Shown one piece after another: positions 24,345-37,179 of a stretch of DNA of 64,000 nt. Source of the DNA: Octopus bimaculoides. Lineage: Eukaryota. How positions within the stretch are numbered: position 1 is the stretch's first letter; every line of letters starts with the position of its first letter. The stretch covers positions 135,688,764 to 135,752,763 of the forward strand of contig NC_068984.1 of NCBI RefSeq assembly GCF_001194135.2, written 5' to 3'. The position numbers and the translations under genes were made by a program. The notes below the pieces were generated by a model. It worked only from the letters and a program-made list of their open reading frames with translations, was not told the origin of the DNA and did not search any database.

Positions 24345-24478
24345 AGAGACAAGTACACGATGGGCTACTTTTAGTTTCTGTATAGAAATCCATTCACAAG
24401 GCTTTTGACCTGACCAAAACCAAAGTAAAAGACACTTGCCCAAGGTGCCAGGCAGTGGAACTGAACCCGAACCATGTT
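24345..24478 (-). mobile_element. SINE A head and body, truncated near the B box
   Basis: gaaatccattcacaaggctttt..gacacttgcccaaggtgccaggcagtggaactgaacccgaaccatg. Confidence 0.82.
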
Positions 24479-24497
24479 TGATCTCTATATCCACAAG

Positions 24498-24662
24498 TTT
24501 TTTTCTATTCTGTCTTTGCTTATTTTCTCATATTCCCTTCTGTTGAAGAGCGTCGGCTCGAAATGTAAAAGACTTTTTTCACTTTCCTGAGCATCAAGCT
24601 AATACACCTGCTTGTTATTCATATACCTGTCTTTGTCTTTTGTTTTTCTGTTAATTTCAACC
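24498..24662 (+). repeat. Dispersed repeat with hammerhead-like motif, copy 2
   Basis: ttctgttgaagagcgtcggctcgaaatgtaaaagacttt, then a pyrimidine-rich tail into (CA)n. Confidence 0.55.
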
Positions 24663-24812
24663 ATACACACACANNNNNNNNNNNNNNNNNNNNNNNNNNN
24701 NNNNNNNNNNNNNNNNNNNNNNNNNNNNNNNNNNNNNNNNNNNNNNNNNNNNNNNNNNNNNNNNNNNNNNNNNNNNNNNNNNNNNNNNNNNNNNNNNNNN
24801 NNNNNNNNNNNN

Positions 24813-24851
<39 letters not shown>

Positions 24852-25615
24852 TATATATATATATGTATGTATGTATGTATGTATATATATATTGTATAGA
24901 GCAAAACGGGTTGGACTTTAAAGAAAAAATACCAGGAGATATGGTACTATTCAGGAGAACAACACCCATCCCTATTAATATTCAAACTCCAAATTAATAC
25001 AAATAGATCACAAGAAGCAATTTTAGAATATAAAATAAAATTGTAAATAACAGAGACTAAGATTAAATCATAGACTACTTAGTCTAATTGACATTTGCCA
25101 TATAATTACATTCCCAAGTATATCATATACAATCCAATCTGAAAAAAATGTATACACTGTATTATGAAATTAAAAAAAAAGTTAGAGATCAGTGATTAAA
25201 AAAACTGAAAGTTCTACTTAAAATATAATTAAAAATTAAAAGATAGGTTTTAATAATTATCAAAAATATATAATAATTAAGATAATGAAATATAATTAGG
25301 GAATTAAGGAAGAGATATGTTTAAAAAACATAATTATTGAAGTAATAAAAAGTAATTAAAGTGAGGATATTATTTTATAAGCATAATAATTAAAATAATA
25401 AAATATAATTAGGTAAAGTACATGCAGAATCTCCTCAAGGTATAAGTTACACTCTGGCTGCCCTCCATTATAAGGTAGCGTGCAACATATTATGGGCCAT
25501 TTAATATCATACCTAATATCACTCGCTTTAAGGCCCACGATAAATTTATTTAAAGAATTGGAGTTTTCTTTTTTCCTAAATTTAGGCGAATTTACATGAT
25601 TATATATTGTTGTTT

Positions 25616-25933
25616 GGAGGTGCAATGGCCCAGTGGTTAGGACAGCGGACTCGCGGTCGGAGGATCGCGCTTTCGATTCCCAGACCGAGCGTTGTGTGTG
25701 TTTATTCAGCGAAAATACCTAAAAATCCACGAAGCTCCGGCAGGGGGTAGTAGCGACCCCTGTTGTACTCTTTCGCCACAACTTTCTCTCACTCTTTCTT
25801 CTTGTTTCTTGAGTAAAGCTGCAATGGACTGGCGCCCCGTCCAGCTGGGGAGAACATATACGCTATAGAAATCGGGGAAACCGGGAAAACCGGGCCCATG
25901 AGCCTGGGTAGACTTTAAAAGGGCGCATAAAAA
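25616..25933 (+). mobile_element. SINE family C, full length, tail type 1, with TSD
   Basis: tRNA-like head gcaatggcccagtggttagg..tttcgattcc; 12-bp TSD atattgttgttt at 25604-25615 and 25934-25945. Confidence 0.93.
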
Positions 25934-26489
25934 ATATTGTTGTTTAGGATGAATAATGAGGCAAACATAATAGATAATAAGAAAGAAAATGTAGGAGGAA
26001 CAGTAAAGAAGAATGGAAAATTCTCTAAAAATTGACGCAATGGTATGAAGAATCTACTTATCTATGTGAGCAAAGAGAGTAAAACTTAGATTATTATATC
26101 CACTGGGTAGCATATGGATGTGAGTAGAAATAGTAATGACGAGAATGATTAAAAAAGAACATATAGGAATAATAAAATTATTAGCGTCTCAGTCCCTGGT
26201 GCTGAATGTGCTTCTCCTCACAACATTGCTGATAAACTATATAGATTAGTATATGTGGGGTAGTACTATCTATAGTATTAATACTAGAAAGCGGCGGGCT
26301 CGGTTACGACAGGTTATATTGTATAATGCTCTGTACAGGGCAGAAATAGCGAGAAATATAGCAGGTAAATTTTTTATAGCTCTAGTAAAGTATTTCTCAT
26401 CAAAAAGAAAATTTATTACTCTATTTAAAAGCACACAGGTAATTTTGTATGGTCTACCACAAAAAACGTCGAACAAAACGCCAGTAATC

Positions 26490-27345
26490 CAATTGTAGTT
26501 TTCTTGTGTTTAGAGATAATGGTTAATAGAAATCTTATTTTTTTATTGCGTCTAAAGGTTCCAATGAGTAACTTAGGGAATATTTGTTTGAAACGAGGAT
26601 ATCGTTTACTGAAATATGCTGGTAACTATGCAAATCGTTTGAAATGCTAGCGGAATTTCGGAGCCAGTCAACCACTAAATGGATTTTACCTTGGCTGCTA
26701 ACATTATGTGTTAATGTTTGACTTTCTTCGTTAATTTTAGCTATGTCATTTACGATTTCCTTTAGTCGTGATTCACAATAACTGCATTCTGACAGAATGC
26801 ATGTTTTTATAGTTTTTTTTTTTTTTAGTAACAGGTAATCCCCTATGACAGTATAAATCCGTTTTATCCCTCATGAAGGGGATTTCGGATCTGACTTAAT
26901 TGTATGATGTGACTATGGTTTTAAGTTCAATATAAAATTGCTGTCTAGTTTTTCAAAAACTGGCGTTGATTTTTAGACACAAATGTTAAGTTTTCAGAAG
27001 GCGAAATAGTAAAAGTTATTTTGCGAGCACACGTCATCCTATATTTAGCTTCACCACTGCTCCGATTCTCCATGTCATACACTTAAGTCAAACACGAAAT
27101 CCCAGTTTTTGTAGGATAAGTGTTATCTTATGTGTTATGTAATGTGTGATCGAATTCCTTTAGTTATTAACTGGCCCCGAAATTTTGCTGACATTTCAAA
27201 AATGTTGCATGAGAGTTACCAGCATATTTGAAAAAGATATCCTCGTTTTAGACAATATTCCCTCAGCTGTCCTATTGCAGGCTTTTAATGCAATGAAATA
27301 TAAGAAATTCATTAACCACTACCTCTAATCCCTAGAAAACTATAA
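26490..27345. mobile_element. Old MITE-like inverted-repeat element, about 200-bp arms
   Basis: 26490-26690 aligns with the reverse complement of 27152-27345 (agggaatatt..aaacgaggatatc..aaatatgctggtaact..aatttcgg.gccagt). Confidence 0.7.
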
Positions 27346-28482
27346 ATAGAGAATCTGAACGCTGCACCCCGAAAAACGACAGCTGTAAGTGAGGTTAAGC
27401 CCCGTCCATTGTGCAACAATATTTATCAAGTCATAGCAGAAACGTTCTTATTGATGCAAAGGTGGGATCTGTAAAGACATCCATTTGGTGTACGCAGTGG
27501 AAAGCACCAAACACAACTAGATTTATAATGGTTGTACAAAAGAACAATGAAAATAAAAGATTTAATGCGTATGTGTATGACGTCAGACATAATTGCAGTA
27601 GTTCGACTGAACTTGCCGAACATTTTATATCAAACGTCTGAAATTTTGAGTAACACGTAAACGTACATTTTCAGAGACGATATTCTGACTCTACTGCACT
27701 TTTAGTTATTAAAATGCATGAGGACAAATATATTTGAGAAGTGACTGAAATGACAGGCGAACTCTAGCACATTTACACAAAGCTGTTTGAATAAGTGTTC
27801 TCTTTCCTGTTTTATTTTTGTTCCTTTTGATCATTTTCCTCATTACCAGTTACGAAAAAGCGAAAACTGATGTTGTCATTATGTCTAAAGAGGGACATTG
27901 TATATTCACATTATCTCTGCATTCATTTCTTTTAAAAAAATTCACTTAAAATTTGAACACGATTAACACAGAGAAGCGTTGACATATGCTTCAATTCGTT
28001 TAGTTGAATAAATAGAATCAATCTCTGTCCTAAATCGCACCATGCTCTCCATTTATGTGTACGTATACAGTTAAAATTTACAAAAAAACAGCAGGTGTTG
28101 TCTTTGACCATCGGAGCGATGGAAAAGTTTTGAACACTTCAAGCCTACGATTTTCGACAGAAAGGGTTGAGAGAGGAAAATGGAAAGAGAACGAAAGAAA
28201 CAAAAATGTGTCGGGATAAACGGTTCAAGGTGATGAAATGACCAGAAGGGGCGATAATAACAGTGACCCAGCTGAACTAGGGTGCGCAAGTGCATGGCTG
28301 TATGTAAGAATAGTGTGTGGAGTGTGTATGAATGTTGTATGTGTGGGGGAGATTAAAATTATATGGGCCTTTGTGTGTGTGTGAGAGACTGCGTATGCGT
28401 ATAACCCAATGCCTGCATTCTGCGGACTGATGTGAGTTTTGTGTACTTATGCGTACGTGTGTTTCGACGCGTGTGAAACACT

Positions 28483-28534
<52 letters not shown>

Positions 28535-28670
28535 CATAATATGAGCTTCTAATCTACAGTTAGTTCGTATTTGATTGTTTCGATACTGATTATGATTGGT
28601 GTCTGTAGTGAACAATGTTTTTTAAAGAGCTCGGTATCATCCCGTTCTCTCGTATTGTTCCATTACTCAC

Positions 28671-28904
28671 TCTATTTTCTTATAAAAAGTGTCGATGCTC
28701 ATTATTCTTCGTTTTAACCTTGTTTTCTTCTTATTTTGACTTTGTTTTCTAGTTTTTCTCTCGCTGTGATAATCGTATTTGTATTCGATGTAGAATTTTT
28801 GCAACTGATATTTTGCATCTTTGTGGACTTCCTCTTTGGCTCTTTCTATATATGTGTTAGTTATACTTGTGCTAATCTCTTGTGATGTATGTGATGTTCT
28901 TTTC
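28671..28904 (-). CDS. Candidate exon (phase 2-2), 77 open codons: KRTSHTSQEISTSITNTYIERAKEEVHKDAKYQLQKFYIEYKYDYHSERKTRKQSQNKKKTRLKRRIMSIDTFYKKI
   Basis: Acceptor acattctcattacag, donor aga|gtgagt; the strand is A-rich, which lowers the stop frequency. Confidence 0.3.
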
Positions 28905-29481
28905 CTGTAATGAGAATGTATCTAGAAACTTAGTCATTGTGTTCCCATAGACAGTTTATTTATTTAGTTTTTTTACTGTTCCACGTGATAGAGTTTAGTA
29001 TGGAGACGTCTCTAAATCTTACTTTGAGACTTCGATGTTTCCGGTATAGCCATTAGGTTAAGTACGTTATGCTTCTCGCTAATGAATATTATATACTTAT
29101 TATTGGTACCATTTGGTTTTCCATAATAGGCACGTAGAATACTTCAAACGTGGTCGGGGTTAGTATGTGAGAACTTTTACCTAGTCAAAGATTTTCATAG
29201 AAACGTTTTTTTGCGGAAAAAAGAAAGATTATAACGTGTGTATACAACACTAGTTTGACCGGTCTGTTACATGTATACCATGTTTAAATATTGGCTGTTT
29301 GTGTATATTTTAGAATATATATATANNNNNNNNNNNNNNNNNNNNNNNNNNNNNNNNNNNNNNNNNNNNNNNNNNNNNNNNNNNNNNNNNNNNNNNNNNN
29401 NNNNNNNNNNNNNNNNNNNNNNNNNNNNNNNNNNNNNNNNNNNNNNNNNNNNNNNNNNNNNNNNNNNNNNNNNNNNNNNNN

Positions 29482-29520
29482 GGATAGATAGAAAGACAGA
29501 CAGACAAACAGGCAGACAGG

Positions 29521-29588
<68 letters not shown>

Positions 29589-29610
29589 CATATAGATAAA
29601 TAGATAGATA
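29482..29610. repeat. (AGAT)n/(AGAC)n tetranucleotide repeat
   Basis: Direct. Confidence 0.97.
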
Positions 29611-30457
29611 TGTATTATGTACATATGTGTGTATGTATGTGTGCATTTGTTTGGATTGATATTAATGATCTACACATACTTTGGTTTACACAAAATCGTA
29701 TACGCATATATAAAAACAAGTACTTCGTTGTTATTCGTGTCTCTCAAACTAAGTTTCGTAACACCATTCGAATTCTGTTACTTTCTCTAATCGATAACGA
29801 AATCAAACCTATTATATTGTTGACTCTTCATTGAGATATCGGCGGCTACACTCGTGTCATATTTCCCAGTTTGGTTACTTATGACACATTTTAATAGACG
29901 GCTAATAAACAGAGAAACTCTTCCATATAAATAATTCTGAATGATATTTCAACAGATTACTCGGGCAACCCAATATGATATAAAATTTCTCCAATATAAA
30001 TGAATCTGTAGTTAGCAGACACATTTACTGTTCAATAAATATTATTCCTAAACACTATATCCATTATGTTGAGTGTTATTGACATCAATATATGTCAGCT
30101 ATATTTCATATACATTGAGAGGCTTACAAACGTATGTACATGCATATACAAAGGTTTCTAACGACACAAGTACATATATATATCTGTCCCTCCCCACCCT
30201 TTCCCTTTGTTTCTCTCTGTGTATGCATACATACATAGATACATATATACATACATACATACATACATATATATATANNNNNNNNNNNNNNNNNNNNNNN
30301 NNNNNNNNNNNNNNNNNNNNNNNNNNNNNNNNNNNNNNNNNNNNNNNNNNNNNNNNNNNNNNNNNNNNNNNNNNNNNNNNNNNNNNNNNNNNNNNNNNNN
30401 NNNNNNNNNNNNNNNNNNNNNNNNNNNNNNNNNNNNNNNNNNNNNNNNNNNNNNNNN

Positions 30458-30489
<32 letters not shown>

Positions 30490-32892
30490 TATTGATGTGT
30501 CTATGTATGCGTGAATGTACATATCAGCTAAGGCGAATGTCGTTAGTTGTTATTCTAAACTTTAATGAGATAGGACAAATCTCTAATGGTTACCTAGTGG
30601 AAATATGCGCAATGAAACAAGCAGAGTTTTCAGAAAGGATTATAACAAATCTTAAAAAGAATTCCATAAACAAAGTTATAACTATTTTTATTCATACTCT
30701 TATAGAATTAAAATAGGTAGTAGTATTAACGTTGGAACGTATTTTTAACTATAAACGTATTGTAATTTATCTAAATCGGCAACTTTAGTTAGCTTCTGTT
30801 CAAAAATAATGAATCTTTGGTAATGTTTTGATTATATTTAGCTTCGACATTGGAGAGAAGATTAACTTTTATATTTATATAGTTATGCAGATTTGGAAAT
30901 GATGATGCATAGACGAATAAAATGTGGTTAGAATTTACTTTTGAGACGTTAATTAATCAAAAATCTTTAGGTAAACGTTATGAGAACAGGCAATATATTG
31001 TAATAAATGTTTCAGTTATAGTTTTGTCTATGGATGAAAATTCATCCGAGAGTTATATGAAAAAGTAGTAAACTTTTGAATTCTAGACTTAATCAAGAGG
31101 ACCTCTGGAATATAATATTGTTTAATATGCTGCAATGTTACATAATAGTAAATATTATGATATAATGGGATATAATATAAATAATATATAGCAATGCTTG
31201 TGAGTAGAATATCTGATATATAGAAATCAAATGCAGAAAACATGACGTTTCGGACAAACATAAGTACTCAAATACGAAGTGATATTACACAGATTTCATG
31301 TTCAATATTTTTCTTCGATACATTTGCAAAATTTATAATTTTTCAGCTTTATTGAATATTGTATATATAAAAAAAAACATGAAATCCTCTCTTCCTATTC
31401 GCAAAGTTTCATATCACAGAAACGAAACGAGTTGCCTGGATGGTTTAATTGAGAAGGTGTAATATTTCATGGGTTTTACAGCATTTTCTTTTTCGTTATA
31501 TATCTTAACTATGTTTGTTTTTTTAATATCTCCCACGCCAAGAAAAAAAAAAATCTATGAATGTTTTTAAACTATAAAGTACTTTCTCTCTATAAGAAAT
31601 AAAGAGCACTGTGAACAGTTTTATTTAGTGTGGTTTATTTACTCGGGTTATGCTGTGCTAACATTTCTATATGGCTACTAAAGACTAGTAATTTGAATAT
31701 ATTTATGTGTACGGAAGGGAAATATTAAATAGAAATATATTATGCACCATTTTACTGCTTCATTTAGAACTCAAACTTTCCAAGATAGGCTTAACTTTAT
31801 CTAGGTATGGCCTCACATATGACGGGAGACGAATCTATGCAGAAATGGACAATTAACTAAACTATTACACTGTGTGATACGTACACATACTTATATTCAT
31901 ACGTACATGTACATACGCATGCCTCTACACATACATATGTGTGTATGTACTTTGTGTATGTGTGCGTGTGTGTAATTTATAATGTCTACGTACATATACT
32001 CGGATATTAGGGCATGCACAGCCAGTGAGGATATGTTTTCATATTCGTAATAACAGAAATCTCTAATTTCTGAATATAATTTCATCCTATCGAGTGAAAT
32101 TCAAGTCTTCCTCTTTTAATTACACCTTCTTCTAAACAAGTCCCTTTAAGAATCTTCTTTGTATTTCATTCTATGTCCTAATGTTTCCCCTAGTAATACA
32201 TAATACTATTCGTTATCGGTTTTTAAATTACAATAAGTTATCGCCTTTATAAATTGTCGAATTGAAGTACATTTTATTTCGCTTCAGTAATTATTATGAT
32301 TATTCCGTTATAAGGCGGCGATATGGCAGCTGCGTTGTTTCATTTACTCTTAATATTCTGTATTTAACTCCAACTGTGGTGAATTTGTCTTTTATCTTTT
32401 CGCAATCTACAAAAGAACTTGATGGAATCGACTACACTCCTCCCCATCAAAACGGCTTTCCTTGATGCTAAATCAGAAACAATATACTTATGCCATTTGT
32501 TATTTTTTAATTAACTTACCTCTGTGTAGTTATCCTACTTCTATAAAAAATCAAATTTCAACATCATTTCTCTCTTAACTTTATTTACGAGGTATTTCAA
32601 AATGGAACTTTCTCTCCTAGTTCCAACACTTTGACTTAATATTTTATTTGCATCCACATAGCTTCATTTTTATGATAAATATATTAATTTCAGTGCAAGG
32701 GAGAAACCAGTGAGGCAGTCGTGTCCCGGTGCCCCTCTAGATTTCACGTGAATATTATTGATTCTTTTCTCAATATTGTCGTGTGACGAAATGCAAACGA
32801 CGTACAATAACGCAATAGGGAGCAGATTGTATCGCCGAACGGATTTCATAGATATATTTTACAAATTGTATCGAATAATGTATCTTCCGTGT

Positions 32893-33030
32893 AAAAGATG
32901 GCGAGATAGCAGAAACGATGGAAGTGGACGAAATGCTTATCGATATTTTGTCCGTCTTTACGTTCTGAGATCAAATTCCGCCAAGATCTATTTAGCCCTT
33001 CATCCATTCGAGGTCGTTAAAATAAATATG
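32893..33030 (+). mobile_element. SINE B, degenerate head and body
   Basis: agatggcgagatagcagaaacg..tacgttctgagatcaaattccgccaag..cttcatccattcgaggtcg. Confidence 0.78.
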
Positions 33031-33902
33031 ATTGCATATTAGTGACGTGAGCATTCAAATTTCACGAAGGAAAGCGACAATTATGCGTTGGATTTAATCC
33101 GTCTAAATTTTTGCAGAATAAGACACCCTCTACTGCCACCAATAACGCTATTAATAAAAGTGCCATAGAAGCATCGTCTATCTATTTGCTTGTCTTGTCA
33201 GAAATAGTATTGGAATGTTCCTTTAATTATATCGCAGCATCGTTAAAAATGGAGAACAAGTAAAGAAGGAAATATTAGAGTATTTGTTCTGAAATATAGA
33301 AAATGACGAAATGTAATTTGTTCCCTGCTCTTATTAATTAAAATTAACTTGGAATTAAATATAAGGAAAAGAAAATAGCGTTAATTAATGCATGACAGTC
33401 ATGCAAAAAACTACAAATTATCTGAATTCGTTGCGAACATTTTACGTCATTTTCGAAAATAAAGTATCTGACACAATCTTAATCAAAATATACGCAGAAT
33501 CAAATAAAAAACATATAGTTAAACAAATATGAAAATTTATTCTTAGAATATTATTGATATGTTCTTGCATTAAAAAGTACGTGTATATGAGAGTTTGCGT
33601 GGGCGGATATGTGTGTGTGTATTTTTATGCTTGTATATGTGCGAATAGATATACATTCTTACAATGATATCGAAATATTTTCTGACAATGAAAAGCAGAT
33701 ATGAGCTTTAAAATACACTGTCTTTGCAATATATTTCACGTGTTCTTACTAGAATATCGACACATGGTCGTGGCTCTACAGGAACTGGTGAGCTATATTT
33801 CCAAGTGGAACAATTTATTGGTATTGTAATGTTATTCCTACAAACCAATGTATAATGTATTCGTACCTGTATATGTAGACAGATTTATGTATAATAAACA
33901 TA

Positions 33903-34002
33903 TAGGCACAGAAGTGGTTGTGTGGTAAGTAGGTGGCTAATCAAACGCATGGTTCCGTGTTCAGTTCCACTGTGTGGCATCTTGGGCAAGTTTTCGCATT
34001 AT
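33903..34002 (+). mobile_element. SINE A head
   Basis: taggcacagaagtggttgtgtggtaagtag..catggttccgtgttcagttccactgtgtggcatcttgggcaag. Confidence 0.82.
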
Positions 34003-34139
34003 GTATTTATCACAGCTCTGTTTTTTCTCACTTTCCCTTTCTCTTCCTCTCTTTCTCCCACTCTCTCTTTCTTTCTCCCTTTGACTCACTCTTACTCCCC
34101 CCTCTCTGCCTTTTCCTGTTCATGAGACTATTTCGTTGT

Positions 34140-34680
34140 AATTCCAATCTCCAGAAGTGTCCGCTGTAAGTTAGACTTTTCACTACACTTCAGTTCCATA
34201 CTCGACTACTCAGCCAGTTTGAGACCTTTGTTCTGTATTCCATAAACACATTGCTGTCCTTGGGAATTTTATTTTAGGGTATTCCGGCCTTTTATTTCTG
34301 AAACATATTTAGCAGATATAGCTTGTTTCGCATTGACAGATATCGAGAATCTTTTGTTCGTGAATCAGTTTACGGATTGATTTCCAGTTTGCTTTATGAA
34401 ATTCAAGTTAGATGTCACTTCAGTCCTTTTTATAAGATAGATGCCAGCAGTTCCCGTAGTAACATACATTGTTAGTTCAACAATATTGTGATCCACGAAA
34501 GCTATTGATATCACCATCACTTTATGGAAAAGGTCTGTATTATTTTTCAAGCAGAGATCCAAGATCTTGCTACATCTGACTGGCTAGAGTATCACTTATT
34601 CCATGAACAGCATATTACAAAGCACACGTAAATATGCTTCTTGCCTACATTCAGGAAATGTCATCTCAGGGAGGTTGCAG
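34140..34680 (-). mobile_element. Degenerate LINE fragment, probably RTE-clade AP-endonuclease C-terminus
   Basis: Reverse strand KILDLCLKNN..GIYLIKRTEV resembles the APE ILDFC..NN..IDYILVRK region by eye. Confidence 0.4.
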
Positions 34681-34739
34681 CCTCCAGGCAATTTAAAATT
34701 TGAGAGGTTGAAGCCACCGACCAGAATAATATTTCTTTT

Positions 34740-34808
34740 CAACTATAGGCACCAGGCCTGAAATTTAGGGGCAGGGGACTAATCGATTAGATCGACCCCA
34801 GTACGCCT
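34740..34808 (-). mobile_element. SINE B tail type 2 fragment
   Basis: ctataggcaccaggcctgaaatttaggggcaggggactaatcgattagatcgaccccag. Confidence 0.75.
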
Positions 34809-34885
34809 CATGTATATTTGAGCACTTCTTTTGCAGTCCTATAAAAACTTTTTTGTTTCTTAATAAGAGACAAATATTATTACTG

Positions 34886-34953
<68 letters not shown>

Positions 34954-34989
34954 TTGCATGTGTGTGTGTGTTTGTCTGTGTATATATTT

Positions 34990-35250
34990 AGGCTCAGGGG
35001 TGGCTGTGTGGTTCCACGTTGTGATACTATGTGACTCCTTGGGTAAACGTCTTCTATTATAGTCTGGGACCGACCAAAGCTTTGTGAGTGGATTTGGTAA
35101 ACGGTAGCTGAAAGAGGCCGTTGTATATATGTATATACATGTGTGCTTGTGTGTACGTATGTGTGTGTATGTCCTTGTGCCTGCGTTTGTCCCCCACCAC
35201 CGCTTGACAGCCGGTTCTGGTATGTTTACATCCTCGTAATTTGACAGTAT
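34990..35250 (+). mobile_element. SINE A, deleted head plus body and partial tail
   Basis: aggctcaggggtggctgtgtgg..gaccgaccaaagctttgtgagtggatttgg..tttgtcccccaccaccgcttgacagccgg. Confidence 0.85.
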
Positions 35251-35463
35251 ACATTCAAGTGTGATAAACTGGGGGATCGGTAAAATATCGGAATAAATGA
35301 TTTTGCAGTAATCGTTGTGCCTTTTTTGACTTGGATCAAATCCCGCCGGTTGAGTTTTCCCGTGACCACTTAGTGGTTGATTATGCATACTACTTGTCGA
35401 AATATTGGACACACCCTTGCTGCCAAGACTCCTGGCACTGTTCCTAAATCAGAAAATCAGACA

Positions 35464-36530
35464 GAAAATCACAGAAGGTTTATTTTACAGGATTTAAGAG
35501 TATATTAGAACCATGACACTAAAGATATTTTACAATTTTGTACAAAATAAGGTTTTGTCCTTTCAAATTAATTGAAGTAAGGACCGGTTTCTCATTGCTC
35601 ATCAAACTGAGAGTTTAGAGAGATGAATTGCTAGGGAAAAATTATTGCTAGGGGAGATAATTGTTCATTCATTTATTTTGCAGTAAAGGGGAGGTAAATC
35701 TGTAATTAAAAAAATTTTTTTTTTTGCTTTTTTGTATTTTCTGCTTTAGTCGGCTTACATCTTTCATTAGATGGCGTAAGCCCTTTAGTTTTGATATGGT
35801 TTTATTGTAATTCTGGTTTATATTTTTGGATAAATGAGGCTTCTTTATTCAGTCTTACTTGCGTTGAGGTTCATGAGGCATGTTGATACAATGTGAAAAT
35901 TTCGAATTGTAGTTGTAGTTCTGCACAATCGTCAAAACTTCATTTACGTAATCAGATGCTCAAGGTACCATCGAAATTTTGTTGGTTCAACAGGAAATTC
36001 GATCCGAAAGAGATGTACTGTCCACAGACAACAAATTTCATCCCCACAAGATCGTCAAATATACCTCAGTCAACACATTGACGGATGTGCAGAACGATTA
36101 CAACTACAATTCAGAATTTTTCCATTTTATTAACTTTACTTCTGAGCCTCAACTCAATTAGGACTGAATAAAGAAGCCTCATTTCTCCCAAAATATAAAC
36201 GAGAATTAAATATGAGACTTACCGCATCTAATGGAAGATGTAAACCAGAATAAGGCAGAGAACAGAAAAAATAAATACAAAAATAAAAATTACAGATTTA
36301 CTTCCGTTTTACTGCAAAATAAATAAGTGAGCAATAATCTCCCCTAGCAATATTTTTCCACCTATCAATTTATCTCTTTCAACTTTCAGTTTGAAGAGCA
36401 ATCCGAAACCGGTCGTTACTTTAATTATATTGAAAGAACAAAACCTTATTTTGCACAAAAGTGTATATCTTTATTATCATGGCTCTAATATACTCTTAAA
36501 TCCTGTAAAACAAATCTTCTGTAATTTTTC
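35464..36530. mobile_element. Foldback / long-TIR non-autonomous DNA element
   Basis: Left arm 35464-35935 is the reverse complement of right arm 36078-36530 (roughly 80% by eye); spacer about 140 bp; right end is close to a gap, so no TSD is readable. Confidence 0.88.
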
Positions 36531-36557
36531 ATCTTATCTCTTTCNNNNNNNNNNNNN

Positions 36558-36589
<32 letters not shown>

Positions 36590-37179
36590 ACACACACATG
36601 TATATTTTTGAGATAGAGGGTATGCGATACTATAAGTTCATGGAATGTATTCTCATTGTCTAAACCAGTCAGTCGAATGTAGTATAAGCAGAAATCTTGG
36701 GCAGAGCAGCCAGAAGAAACCAGACGTAAAGAAAACAATATTGATCGTCAGTAATCTATTCCGCAGCGGTATGATATCCGCTATATACTCATGGGATTTA
36801 ACTGCAACTTCTTGAACAAATCATTGTCATACATATTGTTAATAGTTTCTTTAGAACATTGGTGATAAGGAAATTTTAATTCGAAAACTTTTATATGCCT
36901 CTTAGCTGTACTCTCTTAATGCATGTGCACAGTGGGCAGTCGCCCTAGGGCTGTACAATTCTAGATGTCCAATGCTGATCAATGTACGCAGTGACTTGCT
37001 GCCAATAAATGATAAGTCTACAACTTATAAATAGTTACTATTTTTGGAAAATACATATCTATTTTAGAAGACTTTGCTTAAAACTTTTGGAACGCAAGTC
37101 GGTTCGATTTTTAGATTAGACATTTTTGGTCTCTGTGGATTATCCTTTCGCTGAAATTAAACACATTGCATTAATTAGA

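Noticed and set aside
25356-25625. CTLPYNGGQPEC as a Kunitz domain
   Set aside because: Cys and aromatic spacing wrong; remaining cysteines absent
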